64,000 nt of DNA from Torpedo marmorata. Lineage: Eukaryota. A model generated the notes under the pieces. It was given only the letters and a program-made list of their open reading frames with translations, had not been told where the DNA came from and searched no databases. The position numbers and the translations under genes are program-made. The stretch lies in NCBI GenBank assembly GCA_977017645.1, contig OZ360230.1, positions 74,710,001 to 74,774,000 on the forward strand, given 5' to 3'. The number at the start of each line of letters is the position of its first letter. Within the stretch, counting starts at the first letter, position 1. This document shows positions 1 to 14,352 of this stretch, piece by piece.

Positions 1-917
1 ATATCATAACAAAGTGCTTAACAAAGTTCAACAAGATGATCATGTGGTGGATCACATGACTTTAACTAACTTATCACCTCTGATAGACGAGATAGTAAAT
101 GCTGCTTATTAACTTGTAAACACCATAATCTTAAGTCAAAACATTATGAATGATTTTATGACTTGTAGTTCTGATGTGATCTTTCAGTTTTTTCTGTGTG
201 TCTCTTTTACAATATACCATGATTTTATATAGGATTTATATATTTTTTATAGGATTAGTGATAATCAAGGGAAAAAACTGATAGATCAAGCCAGACATCT
301 TTTTACAAGCAATAAACAGCAGTGCTCATTTAAAAATCATCACAACACAGGCTTTATGTTAACTGTTTGATAACTGATACCAATGAAAAATAATTAATAC
401 ATCACTGAAACCCCATCAGTATCACATGCCAAGCAGATTGTCACAGTTTGTACGCTGTGTTTGAGAAATAGTTGATTGACTGTAGCTATTGATTGTCATA
501 ATCGGCCTTCCATAGTGATATTTTGCATAATTACATATTTTCCAGCTTGTTCATCCCAGACACAAAATATTTCAGTCACTACTGATTTTTAGTGCAATGA
601 TATTGTCAGTTATCATTGGCTTTTTATCCAAAGAATCAGTTTCTTGCTCACCTCCGGGCAATATTTCAGGTTTCAAATCAACTTTGAATTTTCAACTTGT
701 TCTCTCCATGAGGATATGTAGGGAAAACTACTGTTTCACTTTATTCCCCAAATTTCAATTAAGAATTTCTCCCAGGTTTAATGGTTCTTTCATGAATTGA
801 TGAGTTATGCAGAATAGAAAGGTTCTGGGTTAGATCTTTGGGTTGACTGCTGGAGCCTGGGAGATGACTGGGGTATCACAGTTATAACCCCTGTCCTTGA
901 ATGCAGGATTTGAAAAT

Positions 918-3900
918 CACTTGTGTCTGAGTCTGAAGTTCATGAGATCAAGTCATACTCCAGAGACAAACGTAAAATCTTTTTTTTTTTTTTTTTACAA
1001 ATTCTTTATAATATTTAATTTAAAATTTTAAATCACAGAATACATAAAATAAAATATGAAATTATCAAAATATTTGTGATACATTTTCACCCCCCCCTCC
1101 CTCCCCTCCCCAACCCTCCCTCCCCTCCCCAACCCTCCCAACTCCACTAATCTAATAAAAATAAAAATATAAAATAAAAGTAAAGAAAGAAAAAAAAGAA
1201 AGAAAAGATAGAGTAAGAAGAATGCCAATCTAAAAACGTACATCTATAAACTAATTCTATTATGGAGGTCAGGTATGCCAGTAGATCCGATGTCCAGAGA
1301 ATAGCAATACATTTCTTTGAAACAGCTAAAGCAATTCGCAAAAATTCTATTTGATACATATTTAATTTCATTTTAATACTAAATTTTCTAATATCCCCAA
1401 ACAAAAATATCATAGGATCCATTGGAAATGTAATCTTAAATAATTTATCTAAAATTTTTTTAACTTTCAACCAGAAATCATAAACTTTTGGACAAAACCA
1501 TGTAGAATGTACAAAAGAACCTTCCTCTTTATTACATCTAAAACATAAACCTGATAATGTCGGATTAAATTTCTTTAATTTTTTAGGTGTTAAATATAAT
1601 TGATGAAAAAAATTGTATTGTACTAATCTATATCTAACATTAATCATCTTCGTCATACTTAATTTACATAATTCTTTCCAATGATTTTCATCTATTGTTA
1701 CATTCAAATCTAATTCCCATTTTAATCTTGATTTATGAATTCCTACTTTAGAAGTTTTCCTCTGGAACAATTTATACATTTGAGAAATAAATTTATTTAC
1801 ATCTCCTTTAGTAACTAATAATTCTAATTCATTCTGTCTTGGTAAAATCAAACTATAACCTAATTTCTCAATCAAAAATGCTCTAATTTGATAATAAGCA
1901 AAAAGTGTATTATCTAATATATTGAATTTATCTTTCATTCTTTGAAAAGTAATAAATTTCCCAGCTTCAAAACAATCATTTATTTTCTTAATTCCTTTTT
2001 GAAACCAAATTTTAAATAATTGATTATTAATAGTAAATGGAATGTTGATTTTGATATAAAGGCATCCTTGGAGAAATCATTCCTTTTCCTCCTATTTCCT
2101 TATCCGTCTTATTCCATATTTCTAACAAATGTTTAAGGATAGGAGAATTTTTCCTTCTTGTTGATATTAATTTAGAATCCCATTTATAAATAACTTCTTC
2201 TTTGGAATCTTCTCCTATATTATTTAATTCTATTTTAATCCAAGCAGAAGATTTAGTTGGATCAAAAAGTTCATTAACAAATTTTAATTGAGCTGCTTTA
2301 TAATAATTTTGGAAATTAGGAAGTTGTAAACCACCAATTTCAAAATTCCAAGTTAATTTTTCTATACGTACTCTTGCTAACTTTCCTTTCTATAAAAATT
2401 TTCTAATAATTGAGTTTAAGTCTTTAAAAGATTTTTGAGGAATTTCATAAGGAATTGATTGGAAAAGATATTGAATTCTTGGAAAAACATTCATTTTAAT
2501 ACAATTTACCCTTCCCATTAAAGTTATAGGTAAATCCTTCCAATTTTCTAAATCCTTTTTTATTTTCACAAATAATGGTAAATAATTTAATTTATATAAA
2601 TTAGCAAATTTTGTATCAATCTTTATTCCCAAATATTTAATTCCTTATTTTACCCATTTAAATTGTGTAATTTCTTTACACTTACTATAATCCCCGTGTG
2701 GTAATGCCATAATTTCACTTTTATCAGTTACTTTTATATCCAGATATTTCCCCATATTCTCTCAATAACGCAGACAATTGTACTAAAGATGTAATAGATT
2801 TTGTCATATATATCAATAGATCATCTGTAAATAAACTAATTTTATGTTCTTCCATTCCAACTTTAATACCAACTATTTTAGGATCTTTTCTAACTAATTC
2901 TGCCAAAGGTTCTATCGCCAAGATAAATAACGCTGGTGACAAAGGACATCCTTGTCTTGTAGATCTAGTCAGGGGAAATCTTGAAGAAATTTGTCCATTT
3001 GTAATTACTTTAGCAGATGGTTCTTTATATATAGTTTTAATCCAATTAATAAATATGGTTCCAAAACCAAATTTCTCCAATACCTTAAATAAGAAATTCC
3101 ACTCTAGTCTATCAAAAGCCTTTTCAGCATCTAGCGTTAAAACTAATGGTAAAACTTCCTTCTTTTTATGTAGATTAATTAAACTATTATCTTTTGAATA
3201 TCTATTTTTAATAAAACCAGCTTGATCAACATGAATTAAATCTGGTAAATAATTAGCCATTCTATTTGCTAAAATTTTTGCCATTATCTTATAATCTACA
3301 TTTAACAATGAAATAGGTCTATATGATTCAGTTTTCAATACATCTCTATCTTTTTTTGGTATGACTGTAATTATTGCATTTAAAAAGGTATCTGGTAATG
3401 AATGGGTTTCCGTAATTTGATTTAATACATCCATATACGGAGGTATTAATAAATCTTTAAACTCTTTATAAAAATCTGATGGAAATCCATCTTCACCTGG
3501 AGATTTACCACTCTTTAGAGAAGTAAGAACTTCATTAACTTTCCTCATTGAGAAAGGTAAATCTAAAGATTCTCTACTTTGGGTATTTAATTTAGGTAGT
3601 GTAATTTTGGATAAAAATCTAATAATTTTAGAATCATCTTGATCAATCTGAGATTTATATAAATTCAAATAGTAATCTTTAAAATAATCATTTATTTCTC
3701 GAGGTTTATAAGTTATTTCCCTAGAATTCTTTTTCCTTATGGCATTTATAGTTCTAGAAGTTTGATCCTTTTTTAATTGCCATGCCAAAACTTTAAGAGC
3801 TCTTTCCCCTAACTCATAATATCTTTGTTTAGTTCTTTCAATTAATTTTTCCATTTTAGATGTTTGTAATAGATTATAATGTAATTTCTTCCCAATTAAA

Positions 3901-4325
3901 TTATTCATTTTTTGAACTGATCTATTTTTTTGTAAATCTTTTTCTAAACACTCAATCTCCTCTAAATTTTTTACCTCCCTAAAATAATCTTTCTTAATTT
4001 TAACAAACGTAAAATCTAGGCTGGCAGAGAACTGCTCTGTTGACAGAAATGTCATTTGGATGAGATATTAACTATTTGGCATCTCAGCTGAATGCAAAGA
4101 AACTTAGGAAACTATTCAGAGGAGTGGAGTTCATCCCACTGACCAGACTGATATTAATCCCTCAAAAACATAATTAATTTAGATTATCAAGCCGTTATTT
4201 CATTATTAACAAGAGCTTGCTGTGCGCAAGTTGACAACTGCATTTTGTACAACATAATAGTGTCTGCATTTTGTCAAAATATATAATTGGCTGTGAAGCA
4301 TTCTGAGATTGTGAAAGGTGTCTTT
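918..4325 (+). mobile_element. Ancient Deu-domain SINE (SacSINE1/AmnSINE-like), split by an L1 insertion (head 918-980, body 4003-4325)
   Basis: Degenerate tRNA-like head (tctgagtctgaagttcatgagatcaagtcatactccagagac...aaaatct|aggctg) continues across the L1. Deu-domain-like motifs follow: ttggatgagatattaa, tattaatccctcaa, gagcttgctgtgcgcaagttg, attggctgtgaagc...gtgaaagg. Recognised from memory of the consensus. Confidence 0.7.
981..4002 (-). mobile_element. 5'-truncated L1-clade LINE (disrupted ORF2: RT and C-terminal zinc knuckle)
   Basis: Poly(T) at 981-996; 15-bp TSD ACAAACGTAAAATCT (966-980, 4003-4017). ORF fragments 2724-4055 (KSPGEDG, YRPISLLNVDYK, LDAEKAFD, RQGCPLSP, FTDD), 2390-2632 and 1147-1938 (CFRC...HSTWFC). 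Confidence 0.95.
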
Positions 4326-5129
4326 GTTGTTATCAACCACAATAGATATCAGAGCCAAACTAGCCTTGTTTCACCAAGTATCTGCATGTGAACGACTGCA
4401 CAAAAGCCTTCAAGAATATATAACAGAGCCACTGAGAAAAAACATTCCATTCCTGAAAGTCAAGTCACATTAATAATTAAGTTAACCAGCCACTCCAAAG
4501 GGCATTCTCTGAAACATACCTTCAGGAGAAGGGAAGTGGGACAACATTAGATTGGGAAACAAAATTAAAATAGAAATACAATTGACCTCCACACCTTTGG
4601 TGCAATAAATGGAATGAGTTCTGCCAAACATTTTGGTGGTTTCAGTCTCGGGGTTTGCCAAATCTTGGTGGCCTATGGTGATATTCACTTCTTTAATACT
4701 TTAGCGCCAGCCTTGATAGCTCTTGAAATAATGTCTTTCTTCGTAACTGCATCCATATGCTAGAGAAAGAGAGGGATGTTGGATAGGGAGGAATGTGGCT
4801 GTGATGTCCACAACTAGTGTGCTGACACTGTCAGGAGCTTCTAGAAATTAATGAGCTTCTCTCGCAGAAACTATGTAAAATTTGAAATTTAATCAAGGGT
4901 GCTCCAGCAAATACCAGTTAAATCCATTGGCTGGATTCATCAGTTGCAATGAATTTTCTTTGGGGAGCTGGGAAAGTATGTTTAAGAATGATTTTTAAGT
5001 GAGGCATTGAAGGGCTTCTGTGATACAGGCCTGAAGAATGCCTGTTATCAACGCCTGCGGCCACTGTCTATTGTGCTGTGATGGTTTAGTGGTGGTGCAA
5101 GGCTCTTTTATTCAGTTCAGATGCATGTC

Positions 5130-5370
5130 CCCTGAAAATCCTAATATTCTCTTATTATTGCACCAAAATCTCGAGCTCACAACATTTCAACATCTTTCCT
5201 GTCATACCCCTCAGAATCTTACATGTTTCAATAAGGTCACTGTTCATTCTTCTGAACTCCAAAGAATGCAAACCCAAATGTTTAGCCTTTCTTGACAGAG
5301 CCACCCTCTCATACCAGGAATTAGCCTGATGATTCTGCTTTGGACTGCCTCCAGTGCTACTATATCACTT
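5130..5370 (-). mobile_element. Old CR1 3' fragment
   Basis: Resembles the CR1 3' region at 34440-34570 (cattcttctgaactc..., ctggactgcctcca); boundaries approximate. Confidence 0.6.
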
Positions 5371-8300
5371 TTTTACAAAATAGAATAGAATGCTCAGTGA
5401 GTCATTGGTTAACTGCACTGCAAACATTTTTCAATTTAACTAAACCTCTTCCTCAAAGTAAAATATAGTTGCCAGATGCTTTCTCTCAACCTTAGAATTA
5501 GAGGTCTATCAATTATCTAACAACTGTAGGAACATATGAAGTAAGGCAAGCAAAAACTATATTAAAAATACTGTTTGTCTGCAGAAGATTCTATCACAAA
5601 TGGAGCTCAAGTTGTAACCTGCATATGAAATGAGTTGTTTGAGGACTGGAATACTACAGGGAAAATTACCAACCACTATTAGCTGTAGACACCCATTGAA
5701 TAATGCATTTTCTACTTCATTTTCTCCAAAACAAAAGCAACCATTTAAGCGAAAGAAATAATCGTGGACTACATGTTCTTATTTATATTTTTTAAAAACT
5801 ATGCCCATGTCACAAAGCCTTTGGTGCTGTCAATGCTGACAGAATAACAGCCACAAATATGGCAACAGATGCTTGGGTGAAATAGAAAAATTGCCTTTAT
5901 GACACCCCAGAGCAGTTTACCAATAAAGATTTCCTCAGCTGCGCAGTTTTGTTCAATAGCTCTGACAGCTGTCAGGGAGCACAGGGACACTCTGCTGTGC
6001 CACCAAAATTTTAATCACATTATTTAGCTAGCTAGAATATAAACATACATTTTCAGGGTTTTTATATTGTTTGAAGCTTTTAATTTTTCAGCTTTCTTTT
6101 AAACAACTGTAACTTTAATTCTTTTTAAAGGGCAATATGATAATTGCCAAAAAATTAGTCCAGAAATTGGTAGCAGAGGTGAAACATAGACACCTGGAAT
6201 TTAATCTTTCATTATTAATCTCAGTTTGTGCAGTGTCCTATTTAACAACATTCAGATTGTCAGACTTTCCTCGCAATATGGGGAGAATTAACTGTGTATA
6301 TGGGCATTATTAACACGTCCTTTGTGAATATATTGAAAGTGATTCTTTTTAGTTCACTAGCTGAGCAATAACCTGATAGATTCAAAACAATGGACTGAAC
6401 ATTCAGGTTAATGGTAGGGTGGGAGGGAGGGGAGACCATGAGAGTTACAAGGTCTGCTCCACCATATCACTGATCAGTTGGGGAGAATGAAGAGTGACTC
6501 CAAAATTCTTCTCTCCACCATTAACGAGGAGTTTTGGGTCTTAAATGCTTGTGGTCAAAGATGAAAATCCAAAGTATCTCTTTTATCATTCACAAGAGTT
6601 TCACACGTGTTGGGGGTGGTATGAAGTGGTGGGGTGATGGTAATAACGTATCTTTTTACAATAATCCAGTTATAACAGGATCTGGCAACAAGCTGCTATC
6701 TCCGTGTCTGTGAATTTTGTATGGTTATGTTTAGATTGCCTCAGTGTGATATGATTACTACTTTTCTCTCTGGGAGGGAAGCAGATTTTGGTCCATACTT
6801 TGTTTTCTGCACTTGGCATTGACAAATATATCAGCATGAAATTACAAGTTGCACATCTGTATTTGCGAACTTCCTTCTGGAATCCATCCTGATCCAAAAG
6901 AGTGAGATGCTGTGTGGCAGCAAGACCCAATGTGACACAATACCACTGTGTGGGTGGGTCACAAGCCCCAAATATACAACTGTTGAAAACTGCTTTGACA
7001 ACCTGCCAAATCACACCTCCAGATTTAGCAAAATGTCAAAGTTGACAAAGACTATGAATATTTCAAAATGCCTGTTATTAAATGACATTGAAAAATAAGA
7101 ACAAAAGAGTCAATTAAATAATTAAAAAGCTTTAAATTGATAAATATATGAAGGTAAAACATTTAAAAATACTCTTTAACATTAAGTTCATGAAGCAAGC
7201 TCAACTAATTAAAATTGTAAATTATCTTTCACATGTTTTTGTCCTTCATAGCTATTTTTCACTATTTGATTGAATGGGCTATTTGAAATAAAATAACACA
7301 GTGGTGGAGTTTGTGCATGGAGAAAAGAAATGAAAGTGAAAACTTACAATTCTTCACTGGTTTGGTCTCCAAAGCTATTTGCAATGTTTTCAGAATGAAT
7401 TAAAAGAAACTCCTCACAGGGAGTATTGGAAATCAAATGGGCTCGTCACAATCATGCAACTTCTAGCAGCTGATATATAGGAGAAACAGCTGAGATTGGG
7501 AGCAGATCATCTGCTTGCTGCTTTAGACAGGAATAATGCATCAAATATGATGAATGAGAATGATAAGCAGAAGTTGAAAAATAACCAACACACTTTAACT
7601 TGCATTAGTTTGATTTTATATCATCAAAAGAGGTAAAGCGGGGATGGAAGGAAACAACACCTCTGTCAATCAACTGGCTCATATTGCTGACTGTGCTGAA
7701 ATAAAGAATTTCTTTTCTTGCGCTTTACTAATAGTCTTGTCCAATTTCTTTAGTGAGTTGTTCGTTAAATAGCAATCTCAGGTTCATTCCCTGCCTGATA
7801 CTCTCAGCTGAGCTTACAACGGGAGATCCACTGTCATCTATAACTGAGTAAAGAGAGATAGCTCAGATCGATTTTCTTTTCTTGATCATTGTGCAATAAC
7901 CTGTTCTGAAAAAATCATGTTGGTGAATCTTAGGCAAGGACAAGCCTAGGCTTAGTTATGGCTGAATAGTCTACTGACACTCAGATCCCTGGTTCATACA
8001 TATGGGATGGGTATTGGAAGGCTAATTGCCAAGTTACCATATCATAGCACCAGCAATCCTTCGCATAGAAAGAAAATTTTAAAAAATCTTATTTTCCTAC
8101 CACTTTCTATTATTTGCCTTCACCTACATATGTCACAACCTGCCTAGTAGGGCTGATGAAGAAATTGTGTTGCTTATTCCATGTTTCAATACCTAAAGGT
8201 ATAGCCTTTTAAAAGGGACAGCCACTTACTGCTGTTTGGATCCTAATTCTTGCTCTTTCTACATTTGAAATGTTTTGTCTGTCTCCCAAAGACCTACTGG

Positions 8301-8669
8301 AGATCAAATGAGTGCTAATCTTTTCTAATGACCATGTATTTAATGCTCAAAATCATTATATTTTTCATAAAATTGAGGGTATAATTATTTTTAACATTTA
8401 TCTTTGTTTTCCCTTTTATATTTGTTATAAGTTTGGGTTCAAAGACATTTCAGCTTTTTAATAAAAGGTTTCTAAATCAAGCCAAATCACCAATGACCAC
8501 TGCTTGGCCCATACCATGTGTCAATGTATTTGTGCCATAATATTTTCTTTAACATGGTTACATTTGTTGTTGCCTCAAACACGCATATTTACCAGACTTC
8601 GCTGGGGTTCCAAAGGACACAAATTTCCAAATCCACATGCAAAAGGCCAATGAAAATGAAAAAAATTGC

Positions 8670-8990
8670 AAATGATGGAAATTTGAAATAAAACAGAAAA
8701 TTCCAGAAACACTAAGCAAGTCAAGCAGAATCTGTGTTAACTTTTCAGGTCAGGGACACATCAGCATAGAGCTTCCTGCAATCGTACGGATCTCAAAATT
8801 GTCATCACTTTTATTGCCCATTTCCAGCCTGCTCTTCCCTTCTCGTTGTCCATGTCTGACTCTTCCCTTTGCTTCCTGATCTTTTTCCTTTCTGATCTTC
8901 CTATCTCCATCTCAGGGGATAGGCCACCCACAAACACCCAATAGAAGTTCACAGGTGCCTTAATTTTGCTTCCTCTCACCCTACCTCCTA
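8670..8990. mobile_element. Degenerate Penelope remnant: inverted 3' tail followed by a + strand RT fragment
   Basis: 8670-8760 resembles the Penelope tail at 39650-39790; 8770-8960 encodes a decayed ASC..F..L.ISISGDR segment like the RT at 40850-41010. Confidence 0.6.
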
Positions 8991-11900
8991 CAGCCACTCC
9001 ATTCCAAACAAAAATTATTAAATCGGTTGGCTCAATCACATTTTAAAGTGCCATTTTTAAATGATCAGCATCTACTTCCAAGTCCACTATCAGATGTAGA
9101 ATAATGGGGTCAATAAGAGGGGTCTGGATGATCTTAGACTACCCTTGCTCTGGTGTGATTTTCAGAGGTTGTACTAGTATTTACAGAACCAAAACATCAC
9201 TCTAAAATTTCACATTCAAATCACAATCCGAACAAATCAATATCAAATAGAATCATGGAAAGACATGCATATTTTTATTATCCTCTTTGAGTGCTTCCAT
9301 TCAATTCCAATTAAATTAAACTCAAAAATATAGTGGCATTTCTTAAACCACAACATGATAACTCTGCTTGTTCATCTAATTTCTACCCTGTTTCTAATCT
9401 TTAAAAGTTGGACACTGCTCAGCATGCATCCCAAAGAGGCAATGCATGTATCTATATTGTAGACAAGGATGATGTTACTCTGTATCTCATTTCAAAACAT
9501 GTCTGAAGCATGTTTGGAACATTAATATCCATGTTATAACGATTCAATTATTAAAGTAAAAAAAAGAAAATAAACTGTTAGTGAAGGCAGAATTTCTGTG
9601 TTACACAAGACGATTATTCATTCTTTCACTTATCTGAATTAATATTGGTTAGAAAACAAATATTTGGCAACGTTTTACTGAAACATTTTCAAGAATTACA
9701 AGAATGACCTTAAAAGGCAATTACACTTCACAAATATATATCCTGCATTCAGGAACTATACTTTGAATTGTAGACTCAACATTGATACAGATGTAATGAT
9801 TTTAATTTGAAAGACTTTTCATCTTTATTTAACTTTTTAGTTAGCACTTATGATAACATTAAGCACCAATTCAAATGTTTTAGCGGAATCAGAATTGCAG
9901 AACTGAAATTTGTAAGCAAGAGTCTGCAAATAGAATATTGATCATGAAGAAAAAGATCATTTGATTTTCTCTGATAGACTGCGCACAATTGATTTAGGGT
10001 GGCTTTGGTTCCATGCTTTTAAGATGTCCCTGCTAATTTGAACAGCAGAAAAACTTAAGGATATCAGGAAACTTGCTGACACCAATTTGAGCTTGGGGGC
10101 TGACTAACAGCTATGTGGGCTGTAAACAATGCAGATGTGTGGGTTAACACAGAGGCAAGTGGAACAAAAAAGTTGGAGGAAGAGGAGAATTTCTCAGATA
10201 TATTATAATAGTGAAAGACTGAAAGTCATCAATCAGAACAGTGACATAAATGGTGAAATACAACAGTGCTGTTGCGACAAGAGTCCCAGATGTCAGTATC
10301 ACCCGCAGCGTGTCAATCCCCAGGATACCTTGGCTTTATGTATTGTATGCCTGATATTAAGCAAAGTTCACTTCCATTGGCCCATGCAACTGAGCATTGC
10401 TGCTTTCTCTTGCACTTCCTAATACGATCTTTATAATTGCGCAGCCTTATGTGTTTGACTACATTTATCTTTTGACTGATCTTGACAGTCACTTGTAAGG
10501 AAGACTCTGGATCCACCAGATGTTGCGCGGTCCCACAATTACGTAGGGATTATTTCAACTGACAATACTGATGGATCGTACGTACAATGGAACATCAAAA
10601 ACTCAGCGACTCTCACAATACGGATTTTCCACAAATTTGCTTGAATCTTTTCTCCTTGACTAAAGTTTTTATCTCTTATTGTTTTTTCAAGGATAATACA
10701 ATCATGATTACTTTCACAAAATATCTTGAGCCAACCAAATCCAAAAAATCTGCAATGCAAACCAAGAGCATTCAAAGCAATTCTTTTGCTATCATGCTTT
10801 TCTGTCACCCATATCTGAATGTGCTTGTGAGCTTTTTATTGCAATGCAAAACACAAGGCTTGAATTCTTCCACTTCAACATTTTGTAAAGATTTATATTT
10901 GAAATAAAGTAATAGTGATAAGGTCTAGGGGAGAGAAGTGTCTAGTGTCATATTGATCTCACTTCTTATTTTCAAATCAAGGAATACTTGCTGGCATGAT
11001 CACTGACAAGTGGATGGACTCAACGTTTGTCAGGCTCAATAATCCAAAAAGTAATTGAGTAGTCATCATAAAGAAATGTAGACAAGAACCGCATGAAATT
11101 AAATACCAAAAACTGCTACTTATATTTTATCAGTAGCAGAAAATGGAAAACCTCTACAAATTCCTCAGTTTTCTAATCTAACATTAGATGTTTTGTTTTT
11201 GTCATCAGTTTCGACACTCAAAAAACTCTTTATGTGACATCGTGTCCTGAAAGCATCGAACGTTAGTTCATACAACTGTTTATCAATCTTATGAAAACAC
11301 CATTGATTTTGTTGTGCATTGTAATCATGAAAAAGCTAGTAAATAGATTAATGCAGTGAAATTTAACAACACAAAATAAATCGCACTGACTGGAAACAAT
11401 TTTAGTCAATACATGTATTATCCAGTCACTGAGTAAAATACTGTGTCACTATTCCAAAATATTATCCAAGATTAGGCTGACACTGTGATGGATAATATAA
11501 AGTTCATGGGCCACCTGCAGCCTGCAAAAGATTCCCATTCAATCCGCATTTGTTTCAATCACAGCCCACCTGACACTTGGCTCATATTCTTGGAACCTTC
11601 CTTCAGGGCTTTTCAATGCAGTTACATTTGAGCTGGATTCTGACTTGGGTGCATCCAGTCATAATCCTCCAGTTGGTAGCTTTGTCCACAGAACACAAGA
11701 CTTTATGACAAGCCCAGTACCTGACTCTAGTCTCAAGACTCAAGTGACACCAGAGATGAGACATCCAGAGACCAGAAACCTTGTCAGGTGAAAGGGAGTG
11801 AAGTGGAGTGAATGGGCAGTGAATCTAGTGAAGGGGCAGTGAGCGGAAGTGGAACAGTGAGGAGGCAGTGAAAGGAGTCTGAACGGGGGTGTGAGAACAG

Positions 11901-13898
11901 TAGCATTTGCGTCTTTACATAAGACCAAAACATCAGTAGCTTGCTACGCAAAACATGTTTCTCATGACGGCTGTTGGAATTAAATGCAGGAATAATCAAT
12001 GTCACAAATGAGGAGTGCAGATTTCTCAGAGGGTTGGAGAAAATGACAAGTAAAGAGTGAGTGAAATATTGAGGTGGTATTTGAAAAGGATGAGACTTTA
12101 AAATCAAGATGTTAGTGTAGGTGAATGAAACTGGGTGTGTGATAGGCAAGTAAGTTGACAGAGAGGCAAAGTCTAGTGTTATTACTGTAAAAAAAAAAGT
12201 CGTATTAATGGCTCAGATATGTGGTCCAAAGCTCTTTTCAGAAACAAATACAAGAACATGAGTCTAGTACAAAAATTGCTTCAAGTACTAGAAATATTTT
12301 CTGTGGTGTAAAGAAATAATAAATTTTAAACTGAAAACCTGTCTAAATTTGTGTTAACAGTTTTTCAATTTTTACTGAATTCCACTCAGTCATCTCAGAT
12401 ATTTTTAATTGTATTACCAACAATACCTACCTCAAGTATTAGGTAAATAGCATGCAGTATAAACTCTCCCTGCATTATCCCAGTAAATAATATCAATTTT
12501 AGGCTCAGCAGAAACAGCCAATACTGTTTACAGGCAGAGGACCAATTCCTTGTCCCACTATAACTCACCCAAAACCCAATTTGTAGGCTATTCCTGCTAT
12601 TATCATCTTCAGCTTACATAATAATTTTAAAAATGGGAAATTCTTTGGTCCAGTTCACACAGTAATTCCTGTTTTTTTTTATCAAACCTCAATAAATTGA
12701 CTATTAAGCTATTTCTTTCTGCATGGAATGTGATCTGTAATCTGTGAATAATTGACCTGAAAACTTCCAAATATTGATTTTAAAGCAAGATTTAATATCA
12801 AATTCATTCTGGAAAATTCAGTAACTTTTTGACATAACATTAAAGTAAGTACTTTGCATCTAAGGACTATTTTACAAGTGGAAACAACTGCCGTGTATTG
12901 GCTATTTCACCTGTAAAGCACAGGAATATAACAGAATAAATAATCAGAAAATTAAAGTGAAATAAATGAAAGATTTTTTTAAGAGTGGTCTTCAATGACC
13001 AAAGATAAAATAGAAAATATGGCAAAAACCTGAATAGTTAGGCAATGATCTAAAGAGGTAATATTCTGGGTTGTTATGTTATATTAATTTTTAAATATCT
13101 AAGAAGATACTTGGATTTTTCATGTTGTTTACAATATAATCATATATTGTGGAGTGTTTTATGTGACTGAAAAACATAAAAAGCTAAAATGTAATGAATC
13201 AAAAATAAATAAAGCTTCATTTTTCTGAGAGACATGTCAAGCTGATTATCTGAAATAACAAATCGGCATGTCAAACTTATCTGTGTTGCCTTACCAAACA
13301 AACCAACATATGGTTTTTATTCCTTAATGTACTTTTTGTCAAATTAATAGTCTGATGTAGATTATGAGCATAACTGAATTAAACAAAAAGTTCATTATTG
13401 AAAGAACACTTTTGGAACATTTATCTTTTGTCAAAACACAAAGGATAGCACCATTTTATTTCTAATCCACACTTTTAACACAATAAGTAAAACATTTTAT
13501 TCAATATTTGGTATTGTACACTGCTATGAAAATGTTAGTTTCAATGTTTCTTACATTCAACATGTGGGTGAGAAATTCACTGTCTCCTCAAATTTGATAC
13601 AGTCACATTTAAATATCTATACCTACTACTTCATCTGTGATTTGACAAATAGAGTAAAATAAATCTTAAGCTATAAGTGTCTTAATTTGTTTCTTCTTCT
13701 TTGCTAATTATTTTAAAACATTTATAAAATGTTCATATGATTTTGTAGAGAAAAATAACATAATTAAAAACCTTAATTCCATTAGAATTTCAAGTTACAA
13801 AATAAATTTGGGAAATTACACTCAGAAATAGATTTACCGGTATCTTAAAATTTTCCAACACCAAAAATAAAGCAAAGAAAAAAGGAAGTTGAGCAATG

Positions 13899-13951
13899 AG
13901 TGTGTGTGTGAGAGAAAGAGAGAGCGAGAGAGGGGGAGAGAGAGAGAGAGA
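13899..13951. repeat. (GT)n/(GA)n microsatellite
   Basis: Visible dinucleotide runs. Confidence 0.85.
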
Positions 13952-13979
13952 ATCTTTCAGCATTTCAGAACATTATAAA

Positions 13980-14352
13980 CAAAAACAAAATACTGCTGTG
14001 GGTCAAGGAGTCATCAGGATGGTTCTGTTTTGGGTCAAGATCTTGCACAAAGACTGAGAGGAAAGAAGAAAGATTGCCAGTATACAGCAGTAGGAGGGAG
14101 GGGTCAGCAGGGGCTGGCAGGTGATAGGTGGAATTCAATGGAATGAGGGGTTAATGATGGGCAGATGGAAACAGGTAAAGGAGGGGGTGGAAATGGGAAA
14201 AGCGAACAAAGAGAGAAGAAACCACGGTGGGCAGGTGAGTATGTGTGAGGAGGGAAAATACTCGGAGTTTGAGTTACCTGAAATTGGAAAATTCAATGTT
14301 CATGCCATTGGATTGGAAGGTACTCAAACAGAATATGAAATGTTGTTTTTCC
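13980..14352 (-). mobile_element. Degenerate Penelope 3' fragment
   Basis: Purine-rich tract then gaaattggaaaattcaatgttcatgcc...gaatatgaaatgttgtt, matching the end of the GIY-YIG ORF at 39975-40050. Confidence 0.65.

Noticed and set aside
10129-10907. Cluster of 70-106 aa ORFs
   Set aside because: No recognisable domain, splice pattern or coding bias.
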